From: Octopus vulgaris
Lineage: Eukaryota
DNA length: 64,000 nucleotides
Assembly: GCA_951406725.2 (NCBI GenBank)
Contig: OX597814.1
Location: 18,042,001 to 18,106,000 of the forward strand
Direction: 5' to 3'
Shown here: positions 51,720 through 64,000 of the stretch, piece after piece
How positions within the stretch are numbered: position 1 is the first letter of the stretch
Layout: each line of letters opens with the position of its first letter
Notes under the pieces: generated by a model
Told to the model about the DNA's origin: nothing
Databases searched by the model: none
Seen by the model: only the letters and a program-made list of their open reading frames with translations
Made by a program: the position numbers and the translations under genes

Positions 51720-53985
51720 TATGTCTAAAAAGCAGCAAACAAAATTAACAGGATGAGAAAGAATTCCAGTGGAAACTTCATCGAAATTGTCAGTCCTCAT
51801 CATGATGATTGTTGGCACACAATCCTCTGTTTTAAAAGAAGTAGAAAACAGTCTACAGGCGAAACATATGTAAATGAACTTATAAACTCTGAAATGAAGA
51901 ATTTAGCTGAAATTTTACCAACAGTTATAAAATCTACAAGAGAAAGCCTACAACAACTTCCTTGGATGTCAGAGATAAACGAAACATGGAAAAGGAAGCA
52001 CATCGAAAAAGAAAATTGATGTGGCAGACATAGAAAAAAAATTTTTGACACAAGAAAACAGAACTTCTGGAAGGCATATAAATGCGAAAAATATGCCGAA
52101 ACATATTTGAAAGGGATTTCTTTACCGGCGCCTATATTTCCTCCGGGGTACCTATTTAAAGAAATTGTAAGAGAACCAGAGGAAGAAACAAAACTTTAAT
52201 GGGAACTTACTTTGGCAAAATTCAGGATCGACATCTCCATTATTCTGTGTCTAAAAAAATCCCGTTACAAAGCCAAATACGAAGCTATCGATGGTTAAAT
52301 TGGAGACGAACTATCAAAATAAACGACTGGCAATATAGCAGAATAAATGCAAGAACTATGGATCAGGGATATCTCAAAAGAAGAAAGCAGATCAATAAAG
52401 TTATGGCAGCTGAAACAATTATTTCTCGACAAATATGCTACCAATTACGGCAAAGACTCTAGAATTGTAAGAAATTACATTAAAAGTGGACAATTTCACT
52501 AACATAAGATACGCGAGAACACGTTGAAACATGAACACATATTTCACCGCGAATTGAAGACGAACTACGGCCAGAACCCGTCTCTTTTTTACGCAAGCAC
52601 CCTAATGCACACAATACGAACAAAAAAGCACAAAAAAGATAGATATTCCTTTGATCAGAACATTAGGAGTAGAAATAACAGATCATTTTCAAGACCTCAA
52701 CAGGGATTACCTACAAGAAACTGGGCAAAAAACCAATCTAGATCTTGAAGTATACCTAGAGCATTCCTCCATGTTGTTAAAAAGAATACTTACAAAAACT
52801 TGAAAAATAATATACGTAATACCAGAAACAGGACAGAAAACATAAGGAAACTAAATAAAATACCACAATCAAAACACAAAGTCCATCAAACATCATCAGG
52901 AACATAAGTCATAAACAGAAAAATCCATTTTTTTAACATCATGGCAACAAACACCGAAGAGAGAAAAAAAATCAAGAGGAAACATACTAAAAACAGTTAA
53001 ACGTATAGATCCTAAAATAATAAATTTATCCGAAAGAGATCTTGACAATGATGAAATTCAACTTTTGTCAAAAGGGCTGAAATTTAGACTTACACCAACA
53101 GTCAACCACCAAGAACTAGAGTAGGATATCCAAAGATTCTGTCGTGAGTTACGACTTGTAGAATTCTTCACTAATAAAAGTAATGAGATTGATGAATCCT
53201 TAGTAAAGAATAAATCAGATTTCACCCCACCAAAAGAAAGAAATAACTATCTTGACCCATACATTGATATCCTGTCAAAATTTCCCCTTAGACGTGATGC
53301 TAATGTTAGGCAAAACCTTAAATTCTAAATGTCAGGACTTTAATGTATACAAACCATCAACCAATAATAATTATCCAAGCAGATAAAGGGGGTGCAGATA
53401 AAATGGGTGCAGATAAAGGGGGTGTAGATAAAGGGGTTGCACTTGTTATTATGGATGCAGAATACTATAAGGATTTGATTGAGGACCAACTGAAGGACAC
53501 ACCCTTCTACTATGAAATACGTACAAATATAGACCACCACATAATGAAGAAGATCAACAACCTGGCTTGAAAATACTGCCGATAATGAAAGAGACTACAT
53601 CACTAGTTTCGAGCCAAAACCTAGCAAATTCTACGGCTTACCGAAAATACATAAATCAAAATATATTCAGCATGCAGTAAAAGAACAAGGAAGTGAGTAC
53701 ATAAAATTACTACATCCAAGACTTAAAACTTAGACCTATTATAGCTGGTCCAGCTATTTAAACATTTATCGACATTGTTTCGAAACCACAATGTACCTAC
53801 ATACCCAGTTTCATCTGGAATGACATCGACTTCCTGTCCCATCTTCCCAAAACAACTGAAACAAATTCACTTCTACTTAGTTTTGGTGTGGTAAGCCTTT
53901 ACACCAATATTCCACATGATTTAGGAATAAAGGCGATTAAATGCTGGGTAGACAAACTGAGAAGTGATCCCTAACAGATTCACAG
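51720..53985 (+). mobile_element. Penelope-like retroelement ORF, decayed, truncated inside the RT
   Basis: IINLSERDLDNDEIQLLSKGLKF..DIQRFCRELRLVEFF..KSDFTPP..IIIQADKGG..VIMDAEYY..KFYGLPKIHK..LRPIIAGP..SFGVVSLYTNIPHDLGIKAI; many stops and frameshifts. Confidence 0.93.
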
Positions 53986-53994
53986 TTCCACAGT

Positions 53995-54286
53995 TCCTAG
54001 TGGTCAGAGCAGCGGGCTTGCGCTCGAAGGATCGCGGGTTCGAATCTCAGACCGGGCGATGTGTGTGTTTATGAGCGAAACACCTAAGCTCCGCGCAGCT
54101 CTGACAGAAGGTATTGGCGAACTTCTGCTAACTCTTTCGCCACAACTTCCTCTCACTCTTTCCTGCTGCATCTTGCAGCTCACCTGCGACAGACCGGCGT
54201 CCCGTCCAGGTGGGGAACCAATACGCCAAGGAAACCAGGAAACCGGCTCTACGAGCCAGGTGTGGCTCGAGAAGGAACAAACAAAA
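53995..54286 (+). mobile_element. SINE family B (family A-like head, different 3' body)
   Basis: tagtggtcagagcagcggg..ggttcgaatctcagaccggg (A and B boxes)..ggcgtcccgtccagg..gaaaccaggaaaccggc..aacaaacaaaa. Confidence 0.85.
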
Positions 54287-54886
54287 TGTGCTAGGATATA
54301 CAAATTAAATCAAGAAAAGTGAACTGAATTTCCGATCTAATACGCATTTGGCAACTTATACAAGTGCGTTCGAATCCCAGTGGTGGCTAATTCCTTCTAA
54401 CTCCTTATTAACTACATCTGTTACAAGCAACACCGATATCATTTATAAAGCACAATAAATAAACTCTATTACTTCGTGCATTTCCAGATTTAGCGTTTGA
54501 CTTTATACTCAATATATTAATCAATTCTTAATTACTTGCAAAATCACGAATGCTGAGTTTGATATTTTACAGTATTCTTTAACATTTATTCATGAATTAT
54601 TTATACTTTACACTGCTGTATATCAATCTGCTAATTCGAACTCTCATTAGACTTCCATTCGTGACTTAAAACTTTATCTGGCTTACATAATGTCCACGTA
54701 TTTCTAAAACTATATTCTATTCGTTCTTCGTTAAGACGGAATTAAGTTAAGTGTGTCGAGAGAATTTCATCGTCAGAAATGTAACGGACAAAACAAAGGA
54801 AAGGAAAACGCTTCTATAATATTTATTTGTCTGCGGGTCTAAATATATATTGATATAGCATATCTATTTCATCTTCGAATATTATA

Positions 54887-55121
54887 TCTATTTCTTTATT
54901 ACCCACAAGGGGCTAAACATAAAGGGGACAAACAATGACAGACATAGGTATTAAGTCGATTACATCGACCCCAGTGCGTAACTGGTACTTAATTTATCGA
55001 CCCCGAAAGTATGAAAGGCAAAGTCGACCTCGGCGGAATTTGAACTCACAACGTAACGGCAGACGAAATACCATTTAGCATTTTGCCCGGCGCGCTAACG
55101 TTTCAGCCAGCTCGCCACCTT
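54887..55121 (-). mobile_element. SINE family D monomer
   Basis: Full reverse complement; aatattatatc flanks both sides. Confidence 0.9.
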
Positions 55122-55134
55122 AAAATATTATATC

Positions 55135-55708
55135 GTTTATCTCTTATTTGTTTCATATCATTAGGTTGCGACCATGCTGGGGCAGCGCGTTCAACCGGAG
55201 GATCGCGGTTTCGATTCCCAGACCGGGCGTTGTGTGTGTTCATTAAGTGAAAACACCTAAAAGCTCCACAATGTTCCGGCAGGGGGTGGGGGTGGCGACC
55301 CCTGTTGTACTCTTTCGCTACGACTTTCTCTCTCACTCTCTCTCTCTCTTCCTGTTTTTTGAGTAACGCTGCAACTGACTGGTGTCCCGTCCAGCTGGGG
55401 AGTGGGAGTGGAACACATACGCCACAGAAACCGGGAAGCCGGGTCCATGAGCCTGGCTAGGCTTGAAAAGGGCGACGCTTTTTTATCGAATCAACGCCAG
55501 TACTCATATTGTTTTTGTAGTCTGGTAATTATTCTATCGGTGACTTTTGCCGAACTGCTAACTCACGGTGAAGTAAACACACCAAGACCGGTTGTCAAGT
55601 GGTGGTGGTGGTGGTGGTGGGGACAAAAGCAGACACAAAGACACAGACAGGCTCACACACACACATGCACATATACACACATACACGCACACACACATTT
55701 ATATATAT

Positions 55709-55768
<60 letters not shown>

Positions 55769-55935
55769 TTACGATGGGCTTCTTTCATTTTCCTTGTAAC
55801 AAATCCACTCACAAGTCTTTGGCCTCCCGTGGCTATTGTAGAAGACCGTTGTCCAACGTGCTATGCAGTGGGACTGAACCTAGAACCATGTGGTTGGGAA
55901 ACTATATTCGTACCATACACCCATCTCTGCGCCTA
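55135..55935 (-). mobile_element. SINE family C interrupted by a plus-strand family B copy (about 55195-55472)
   Basis: C tail gcgaccatgctggggca | ggatcgcggtttcgattcccagaccggg..gaaaccgggaagccggg | remainder of C. Confidence 0.8.
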
Positions 55936-56146
55936 TAGAGTAGTTTTATTTTCGATGTTTCATGGAAACATAGGCTTTTTGATTTTCTAAAGAAGTAAAT
56001 AAACTGAGGCCAACTCAGAGTTACCTGATCGAGCACTTGATCACAAAACCCTGGATGACAACGAAGTGAATCATAAATTGATTCCTAATAAATACGTCAT
56101 GCATTCAGTAATCTTGCTTTCCTCTCTAACCAATACACACAGAAAA

Positions 56147-56422
56147 GCATACATACATTTATACATGCATACATGCATACATACATGCATACATACATAC
56201 ATACATACATACATACATACATACATACATACATACATACATACATACATACATACATACATACATACATACATACATACATACATACATACATACATAC
56301 ATACATACATACATGCATACATACATACATACATACATACATACATGCATACATGCATACATACATACATACATACATACATACATACATACATACATAC
56401 ATACATACATACATACATACAT
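56147..56422. repeat. (ACAT)n microsatellite
   Basis: Direct reading. Confidence 0.95.
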
Positions 56423-57028
56423 GGTGGCTGCGCAAGAAGATTTTTTTAAAGTGAGGAAAGGCTGTTGCACTGAGTCAATCCCATTCACGAAGCAACAGCA
56501 GCCATAATCAGAAAAGAAGAACAAGTCAACATCATCGGTAACCACTGAGCCGCAGGTTTTATGTTGGAGTTATCCCAGTTACCTGAATTACCTTCTCTTA
56601 GAAGGATGCCCTAACAAAGGCTAGGACTCCTTCACTCCCAATTGTTTTACCGCGCGATCGGATATTCCATCCATCCATCCATCCATCCATCCATCCATCC
56701 ATCCATCCATACATACATACATACATACATACATACATACATACATACATACATACACTAATACGCGTATATACATATATTTACACTGATACATCCTCGT
56801 ACATGCACACATATTCATACAAATGTGTGTTTACGTGGGTCACTGAGTAAACTAATGCGAGGAAAAGATAACGTTGATTATACATATCGTAGTTCTCACA
56901 TAGAAAGAAAGAGCCATACAAAGACTTGTGCGAAGTTGCTAAAGCTGTTATAATTAACAGCAAAATCCCCTTGAAAAACCACTCTCCGATCAAAAGTACA
57001 CATTGGATAATGCGGTACAAGGTACAGT

Positions 57029-57418
57029 GTGGAGGCGCAATGGCCCAGTGGTTAGAGCAGCGAACTCGCGGTCATAGGATCGCGGTTTCGATTCCCAGAC
57101 CGGGCGTTGTGCGTGTTTATTGAGCGAACACACCTAAAGCTCCACGAGACTCCGGCAGGGGATGGTGGTGATCCCTGCTGTACTCTTTCACCACAACTTT
57201 CTCTCACTCTTACTTCCTGTTTCTGTTGTACCTGTATTTCAAAGGGCCGGCCTTGTCACTCTCTGTGTCACGCTGAATATCCCCGAGAACTACGTTAAGG
57301 GTACACGTGTCTGTGGAGTGCTCAGCCACTTACACGTTAATTTCACGAGCAGGCTGTTCTGTTGATTCGGATCAACCGGAACCCTCATCGTCGTAACCGA
57401 CGGAGTGCTTCCGATCCG
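57029..57418 (+). mobile_element. SINE family A, full length
   Basis: 12-bp TSD acaaggtacagt. Confidence 0.93.
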
Positions 57419-59241
57419 ACAAGGTACAGTATGTATGGAAGGATCGGTTCAAATCTTAAACGTTCAGGACTACCATGGGGTCAATCAACATCTTTCTAAG
57501 CAAAAATACATACTACAAATATGTACTGGTTGACTGATAATGTCTCACTTCCGACATGCTCCAGGTAATGAGTCTTGCTCTCCCCGTTCTGCCTTGATCT
57601 TCTAGATTCTCGTCTGTTATACACCGTCCTTAAACAATAGCCTCAACATTATATCGTAGAACTTCTGTATTTTGACTCAACCTATGAAGTCTGCATTAAA
57701 CATTTTGACAATTTTTCGTCTTCTGTGACTATAAAACCGTTCAACAAAGTGAGAAGGAAAACCTATCTTCGTCAACGAAAATTCTTCAATTCAAAGAATT
57801 GGCGTCCAGTTCATATATTTTGTAGAAATGAAGTTAGTTAAACCTCTTATAGGTTAAGAAAGTTTGCCTCAAGTGTCATGCATGGCACGCTAATTCCTTG
57901 AGAAGAAAATCCTTATCTTTCGCTATTGTTTTTGCATCTAACCTTACATCATTGGGATCAACGAATTGAAGACTCCTTTCACTTTGTTGCCCGGCGTAAA
58001 CGTGAAAATAATGAAAAAATTCTAATGCTTAGTTTGTGAACCCGGTCACGCCGTGTTCTCGCTGTAGTAGGAATACTTCAAACGTAATCTGTGCCGGATT
58101 CCCGGTAAATCGGTAAAGAACAAAATACGTACAAAATCGTTACTTTGGAATAACGATATGCAACTAGCTATTTTTTGCTCAGGTGATTTAGTGGACGGTA
58201 AAGTTAGACGCCGTGAGTCCTGGGCTGAGAGTGCTCCGAATTACAACTCATCCTCAAACCTGTATTTATCAATTTACAGGAATTTACGAAGAATATCAAT
58301 TGTATTGACATTACCAATCTAGGATAATCTGGAAATATCAAGCACGCTGATTCGCTTATTTAAGGAAAGTAAAATTAATAATCATGTATATCGTTTAATG
58401 TATATTTGTCCAATGGTGTTCATATTCATGCGTGTGTTTTCACGAGTAAGTTAGCAGAGAAATGGCTTTCCTCTATTCTAGGATTCACAGCCTAAGCATT
58501 TGAAGGTTAGAGTTTACGGGACAGTTATGAAGGGAGATAGTCAAAGATTGGTTTGAATGCTTACAATAACAGGAATTCTACAAATACACACAAGAATATT
58601 TCACGATATCAAATAGTACAACGTATTAGGCGTACCAATTGCGTGTGTATACATGCGGCAATTTGTATAGATGCTTTACTGTATGTTTATATATTTGTAT
58701 GTGTGTCTTTATGTGTGTGTATCTGATAAGAAATAATCTTCAAAGTCTTAAGTATCATAAGAAGAGGAAGAGCTGTACACAAGTACTTGAAACTCTTGCT
58801 ATGTCTGTAGTGGAAACACAAAACTATAAACAGTAAAGATTAGTGTCATATTTTGCTAAGGAATGTATATGTGTGACACTAAGTGGACATAGGGATAAAG
58901 GACCTCTCTCTACTTCATGGTAGGCTGGTCGTCTTTGATTTAAATACAATTTATATATTCAAGAAGAGTTATCGGATCAGAACGTTACAAAAGCTTTATT
59001 GCTTCATATTGGTTATAGTGAAAGAGGTAACGCGTGGAGTACTTAGTCTACTGGTTATTTGATATTGTATAAATTAGTACCACACTAGCCCGGATTAAAA
59101 ATCCCTTGTGGTAAGTGCTTTCATTCATTGCTCTGTAGATGACTATGTTAAAAATCAACACTAGTTTTAACAGGTGTTACATCTTCTTTGGAATTAATAT
59201 CAACTGATTCCTAGATCAATTAAATTGCCTACATATATATA

Positions 59242-59287
<46 letters not shown>

Positions 59288-59461
59288 CATACAAGGTGTC
59301 CATAAATTATCTTTCAAAATTTCGGAAAAAAATTTAAAATACGGATTTTTCAGTAGAGTTCATTGGAAACTTCAGAACTTTTTCAATGCGGACGCCATTA
59401 TTTCAGGTAACATATCTCGATTTTAAATTTCAGATGAAAAGATAATTTATGGATAGGCAAA

Positions 59462-59503
<42 letters not shown>

Positions 59504-60214
59504 TAGATATAGTAGATATAAATATATATATATAATATAATATTATATTATGTAACATATACATGTATGTATATATAAACATTTTTTCGTAATGTATATA
59601 TATATGAATGTATATATATGCATTCATGTATATATATATATACATATATATATACATGTGTGTGCATACATGTTCATGTATATACATACAAATGTATAAA
59701 CACATACATATAGACGAACATACTTGCATACACACACACACACATACACATTCCATGTTACACTGAAGAGAAAGAAAAACATAATGGTAACCTGCACAAC
59801 CATTTTAGACAGCATCTGTATGTTTTGCAGTTTTTATTTGAGTTCTTTCCATGATATATTAGGCAGTTGATGCTGTTTGCATATGAATTCTGCAATACTC
59901 CGTTGTAAACCCATTGTATATTGTCATAAATGATGCATTTATTCCTTGTTTGTCCTAAAGTAAAGTATGGTACACGAATTCTGGCTTGTTTCTTAATATT
60001 CCTCATCATGTAAATTTTTTGACATTTCGCCATTAGGATATATATATACATTCACACACATATATATATATATGTTTGTGCGTATGCAATATGTAGATAC
60101 CAACTAAAAAATATCACCGTTTCCTATCGTTTGAAAATGATCAGAACAATGGAATACGTCGTTTGTTCATGTAATTTCTTTGCTATATGTATTAAATTCC
60201 ACTGGATTTGGTTA

Positions 60215-60460
60215 AAGAGAGACGATGAGCGATGGCTGGAAGTATATTGAGTTATTCACAACCAGCTGATCTAACAAGCGGGGCTTCATATCAGTGAGGG
60301 AGGCCGGTGCGCATTGATGCCGTTGAGAGGTAGGCCCCGAAACGGCGCGCATTCTCTCCTGATGACCCCATACACTTGCTAGCTTCCGGTATACGGAGCT
60401 TTTAACTGGTAGCACTTGCGTGTGCAAGTTGTTTGCAAGAAATCCACCCAGTTTATATCG
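60215..60460 (+). other. GC-rich multi-hairpin island, probably an RTE-type LINE 5' UTR remnant
   Basis: Several stems seen (ggctgg/ccagct; 60279-60369 long hairpin; agcttccg/cggagct; acttgc/gcaagt); gcgatggctgga and ttttaactggt recall RTE 5' UTRs from memory only. Confidence 0.35.
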
Positions 60461-60920
60461 ATGACTGCAGACCTAATTTTTTTCACTTTTTCTTTTTTAT
60501 CTTTTTTTTTTTCAGCATCAGATAAGGTTTCTTTCAGCATTATATGATACATAACCAACAGTTCCCGCGTGTGGATTAAATGTAGCCCATTGGTTTCCAG
60601 TTTTTGAAAACGTGTGGCTCAATGCCTGCTGTTTAACTTTCGACACTATTCTGAAGCAGTACCATAAACTGTGATGTTATCACTCATTACTTACGTGTCT
60701 TTCATTTTACTTTTGCGCTCAAGATATTGCAGAGGTGACCGTAAAATTATTGCTTGTATGTATTCATAAGATATATATTTTTTTTAGACCAGCATGAAAT
60801 ATTGAATTCATGACAGAAAAAAATCTTGTTATATGTGGACGAGACAATGTGTCTTTTTCGCCCCATAATAGTGAACCACTAAAATTTCTGGATGTGAGTG
60901 TGTATGTATGTGTGCGTGTT

Positions 60921-60951
<31 letters not shown>

Positions 60952-61200
60952 GTGTGTATGTGCGTACGTGTGTGTGTGTGTGTGAATAGACATTGGTAAT
61001 TGAAAGTAAATAGATCAAGTAGTATCGTGAAAAAAAATCTGTGTGAAGTGGAAATGAGGGTGTTACTGAGGGGAATATTGGAATATAACGTAGAGCAGTA
61101 TAAGAGTGATTCGAAACCTAACTTAGCCGTGTATATGTATTACATACATGTGTACACACACACACACACACACACTCACACACACACACACACACACACA

Positions 61201-61261
<61 letters not shown>

Positions 61262-61396
61262 AATTATAATCAAACTGGCTACTGCGATATTCAAGCGAGA
61301 ATTGACAAGAATTCGAGTTGCCAGGTAAGAAATAATCTGTTTCGGTTTCAAAGGAGTAAAAAGAAACCACGGACAGAAACCAATGTTCATATATAA

Positions 61397-61436
<40 letters not shown>

Positions 61437-61659
61437 GCACACACAAACACACATACACACGCACACGCACACGCACACACACATACACTTACACTCTCTC
61501 TCACATACACACACATACACGCATAAGTGTGTCTCCGTTTATACATTTGCAGGTGTGTATATGTATGTATACGTTCATATATTCACACAGTGATGGACAA
61601 TAGCACAAGATTAAACATTCACAAAAGCACATATTTTTCTAATAATAATGATGCTGATG

Positions 61660-61729
<70 letters not shown>

Positions 61730-61746
61730 TAATAATAATAATAATA

Positions 61747-62140
61747 TCTTTATATATAAAAGTGAAGTTGTGTGTCTGTCTCCTACGATTTAGATTCCTA
61801 ACTACTCCCACATTTTGCGGTGCAGTGTAACCAAAAGCGGATATCTTATAGTCGTGATTCATATCGAGCCCTTCTGGGTATTAGCGCGCATCTACGATGA
61901 GTCTTCGATTTAAAAAAAAAATTAACATCATTTTTTCCCATTTTTAATGCATTTTTTTTGCTATTATATAAGGGAAGTAACTCTCTAAAAATGTATTATT
62001 AAATCTCAGAACGTAAACAGCAACAGTAACACCCCCCTTTGTGGTTAGCCATATTGAGATGGCTATTATACTTTACATCTCTAAAAATGCTTATATAGTT
62101 ATTTCCCTTACAAACCCGAGCAACGCCGGGCGATACTGCT

Positions 62141-62142
<2 letters not shown>
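61747..62142 (+). mobile_element. Non-autonomous Helitron in (AAT)n
   Basis: A|TC ... hairpin ... CTAG|T; close copy of 26130-26523. Confidence 0.88.
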
Positions 62143-62200
<58 letters not shown>

Positions 62201-62221
62201 TATTGATGATGATGATGATTG

Positions 62222-62285
<64 letters not shown>

Positions 62286-62292
62286 AATAATT

Positions 62293-62461
62293 TCTACTAA
62301 AGGCACAAGGCATGAAATTTGGGTGGAGCGGGGAAGTAGATTAGATCGACCCCAGTACGCAACTCGTACTTAATTTATCGACCCAGAAAGGATGAAAGGC
62401 AAAGTCGTCTTCAGCGGTATTTGAAAACAGAACCTAGCAACAGACGAAATACCGCTAAGCA
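62293..62461 (-). mobile_element. SINE family D variant
   Basis: Same variant tail as 17262-17425. Confidence 0.75.
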
Positions 62462-62610
62462 TACAAACTTTGACTCGAGAGTTTCCCTCGTCGGCAGGAA
62501 GAGTATTAGGATAGTGAATTCGTCTGCAGGACGGATTGTTAATTTTAAATCTTATATGCAATTTCTATCTTGATATAAATACTGCTTTCGAATTGAATTA
62601 TTAATCATTA

Positions 62611-62997
62611 GGAAGCGCAATGGCCCAGTGGTTAGGACAGCGGACTCGCGGTCATAGGATCGCGGTTTCGATTCCCAGACCGGGCGTTGTGAGTGTTTAT
62701 TGAGCGAAAACACCTAAAAGCTCCACGAGGCTCCGGCAGGGGATGGTGGTGATTCCTGCTGTACTCTTTCACCACAACTTTCTCTCACTCTTACTTCCTG
62801 TTTCTGTTGTACCTGTATTTCAAAGGGCCGGCCTTGTCACTCTCTGTGTCACGCTGAATATCCCCGAGAACTACGTTAAGGGTACACGTGTCTGTGGAGT
62901 GCTCAGTCACTTACACGTTAATTTCACGAGCAGGCTGTTCCGTTGATTCGGATCAACCGGAACCCTCGTCGTCGTAACCGACGGAGTGCTTCCATCC
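62611..62997 (+). mobile_element. SINE family A, full length
   Basis: TSD attaatcatta. Confidence 0.93.
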
Positions 62998-63127
62998 ATT
63001 AATCATTAATAGAAGTGTTAATTACATACACCACTACCACCAACTAATATATCGTTTTGGTGACTTAGCTTATCATCACCCACAAAAAAAAATCTAAGAT
63101 CATACATGATTCACCACTTTTTTCATT

Positions 63128-63545
63128 GCTTGTTTCAGTCGTTTGACTGTGGCCATGCTGGAGCACTGCCTTTAGTCGAGCAAATCGACCACAGGACTTA
63201 TTTTTTGTAAGCCTAGTACTTATTCTATCGGTTCTCTTTTGCCGAACCGCTAAGTTACGGGGACGTAAACACACCAGCATCGGTTGTCAAGCGATGTTGG
63301 GGGGACAAACACAGACACACAAACATACACACACACCCATGTTGATTCGCTAGTTTCTGCACGCATTTTTTTTTTCTTTCCTTGTTTCTCTCCGTGTTTC
63401 TTTTCTGTGTATCTTTCTGTTGAAGAGCGTAAGCTCGAAACGTAAAAGACTTGTTTTATTTATATTCCTGAGCGCCATACTAATACAATTGTTTGTTTGT
63501 ATTCCACCTGCCTTCGTCTTTTGTTTATTTTCATAAAGCTTCCCG

Positions 63546-63589
<44 letters not shown>

Positions 63590-63752
63590 GACGGGCTTCT
63601 TTCAGTTTTCCGTCTACCAAATCCAGTCACAAGGCTTTGGTCGGCCCAAAGCTATAGTAGAAGACACTTGCCCAAGGTGCCACGCAATGGGACTGAACCC
63701 GTAATCTATGTGGTTCGTAAGCAAGCTACTTACCACACAGCCACTCTTTCGC
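63128..63752 (-). mobile_element. SINE family C with a PLE-type fragment (63340-63547) inserted in its internal microsatellite
   Basis: C halves at 63128-63338 and 63548-63752. Confidence 0.85.
63412..63449 (+). ncRNA. Ultra-minimal hammerhead-like motif with a variant core
   Basis: UCUUU CUGUUGA A GAGC GUAA GCUC GAAAC GUA^AAAGA. Confidence 0.5.
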
Positions 63753-64000
63753 CTATAATAAATAAAGTAGAATTCACCTATCGCTAGCATCTTATTGTTC
63801 TATTGCAAGGTACCAAATTAGGATTACTAAGTGATTGGTAATTTCATGTAAGCACTATCAAGAGAAATTGACAGTCATATCGCCGTGTACTAACTAACGC
63901 ACCAAATGTAACAACACAGGCTACGGTAGGATTAGTCGTAAGCAATTTTCCGTTTAGTTACTTGGGTGGTTTGGCAAAACATATCTAATTTCAAGTCATC

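Noticed and set aside
57029-57105. tRNA-Arg-like sequence with A and B boxes (also 15085-15158, 37615-37690, 62611-62685)
   Set aside because: SINE heads: no proper acceptor stem, continuous with the SINE body and bounded by TSDs
57500-58200. Possible Tc1 transposase relic on the minus strand (KYMNWT..FVDEDRF)
   Set aside because: Too decayed and no TIRs found

Overview
Eukaryotic, very AT-rich, microsatellite-saturated DNA ((AT)n, (AC)n, (AG)n, (ACAT)n, (ATCT)n, (AAT)n). The repeat landscape resembles a coleoid cephalopod (Octopus-like) genome; this is an inference, not a database match. No intact protein-coding gene, rRNA, true tRNA or CRISPR array is visible, and nearly all ORFs in the track are microsatellite or repeat read-throughs. 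The window holds at least four tRNA-type SINE families, decayed RTE and CR1/L2 LINE pieces, three non-autonomous Helitrons, an internally deleted mariner, several fold-back palindromes, and many Penelope-like element (PLE) remnants including a decayed RT ORF and GIY-YIG fragments. The most notable signal is a dense set of type I hammerhead ribozyme (HHR) motifs from several unrelated short-element families. One is a young 500-bp tandem unit with an HHR in each copy (1278-2241), a retrozyme/pLTR-like architecture predicted to release a 500-nt circularisable RNA. Another unit ends close to its predicted cleavage site (18176-18770). A speculative chain of minus-strand micro-exons across about 55 kb could encode a small helical peptide. 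All alignments and folds were done by eye.
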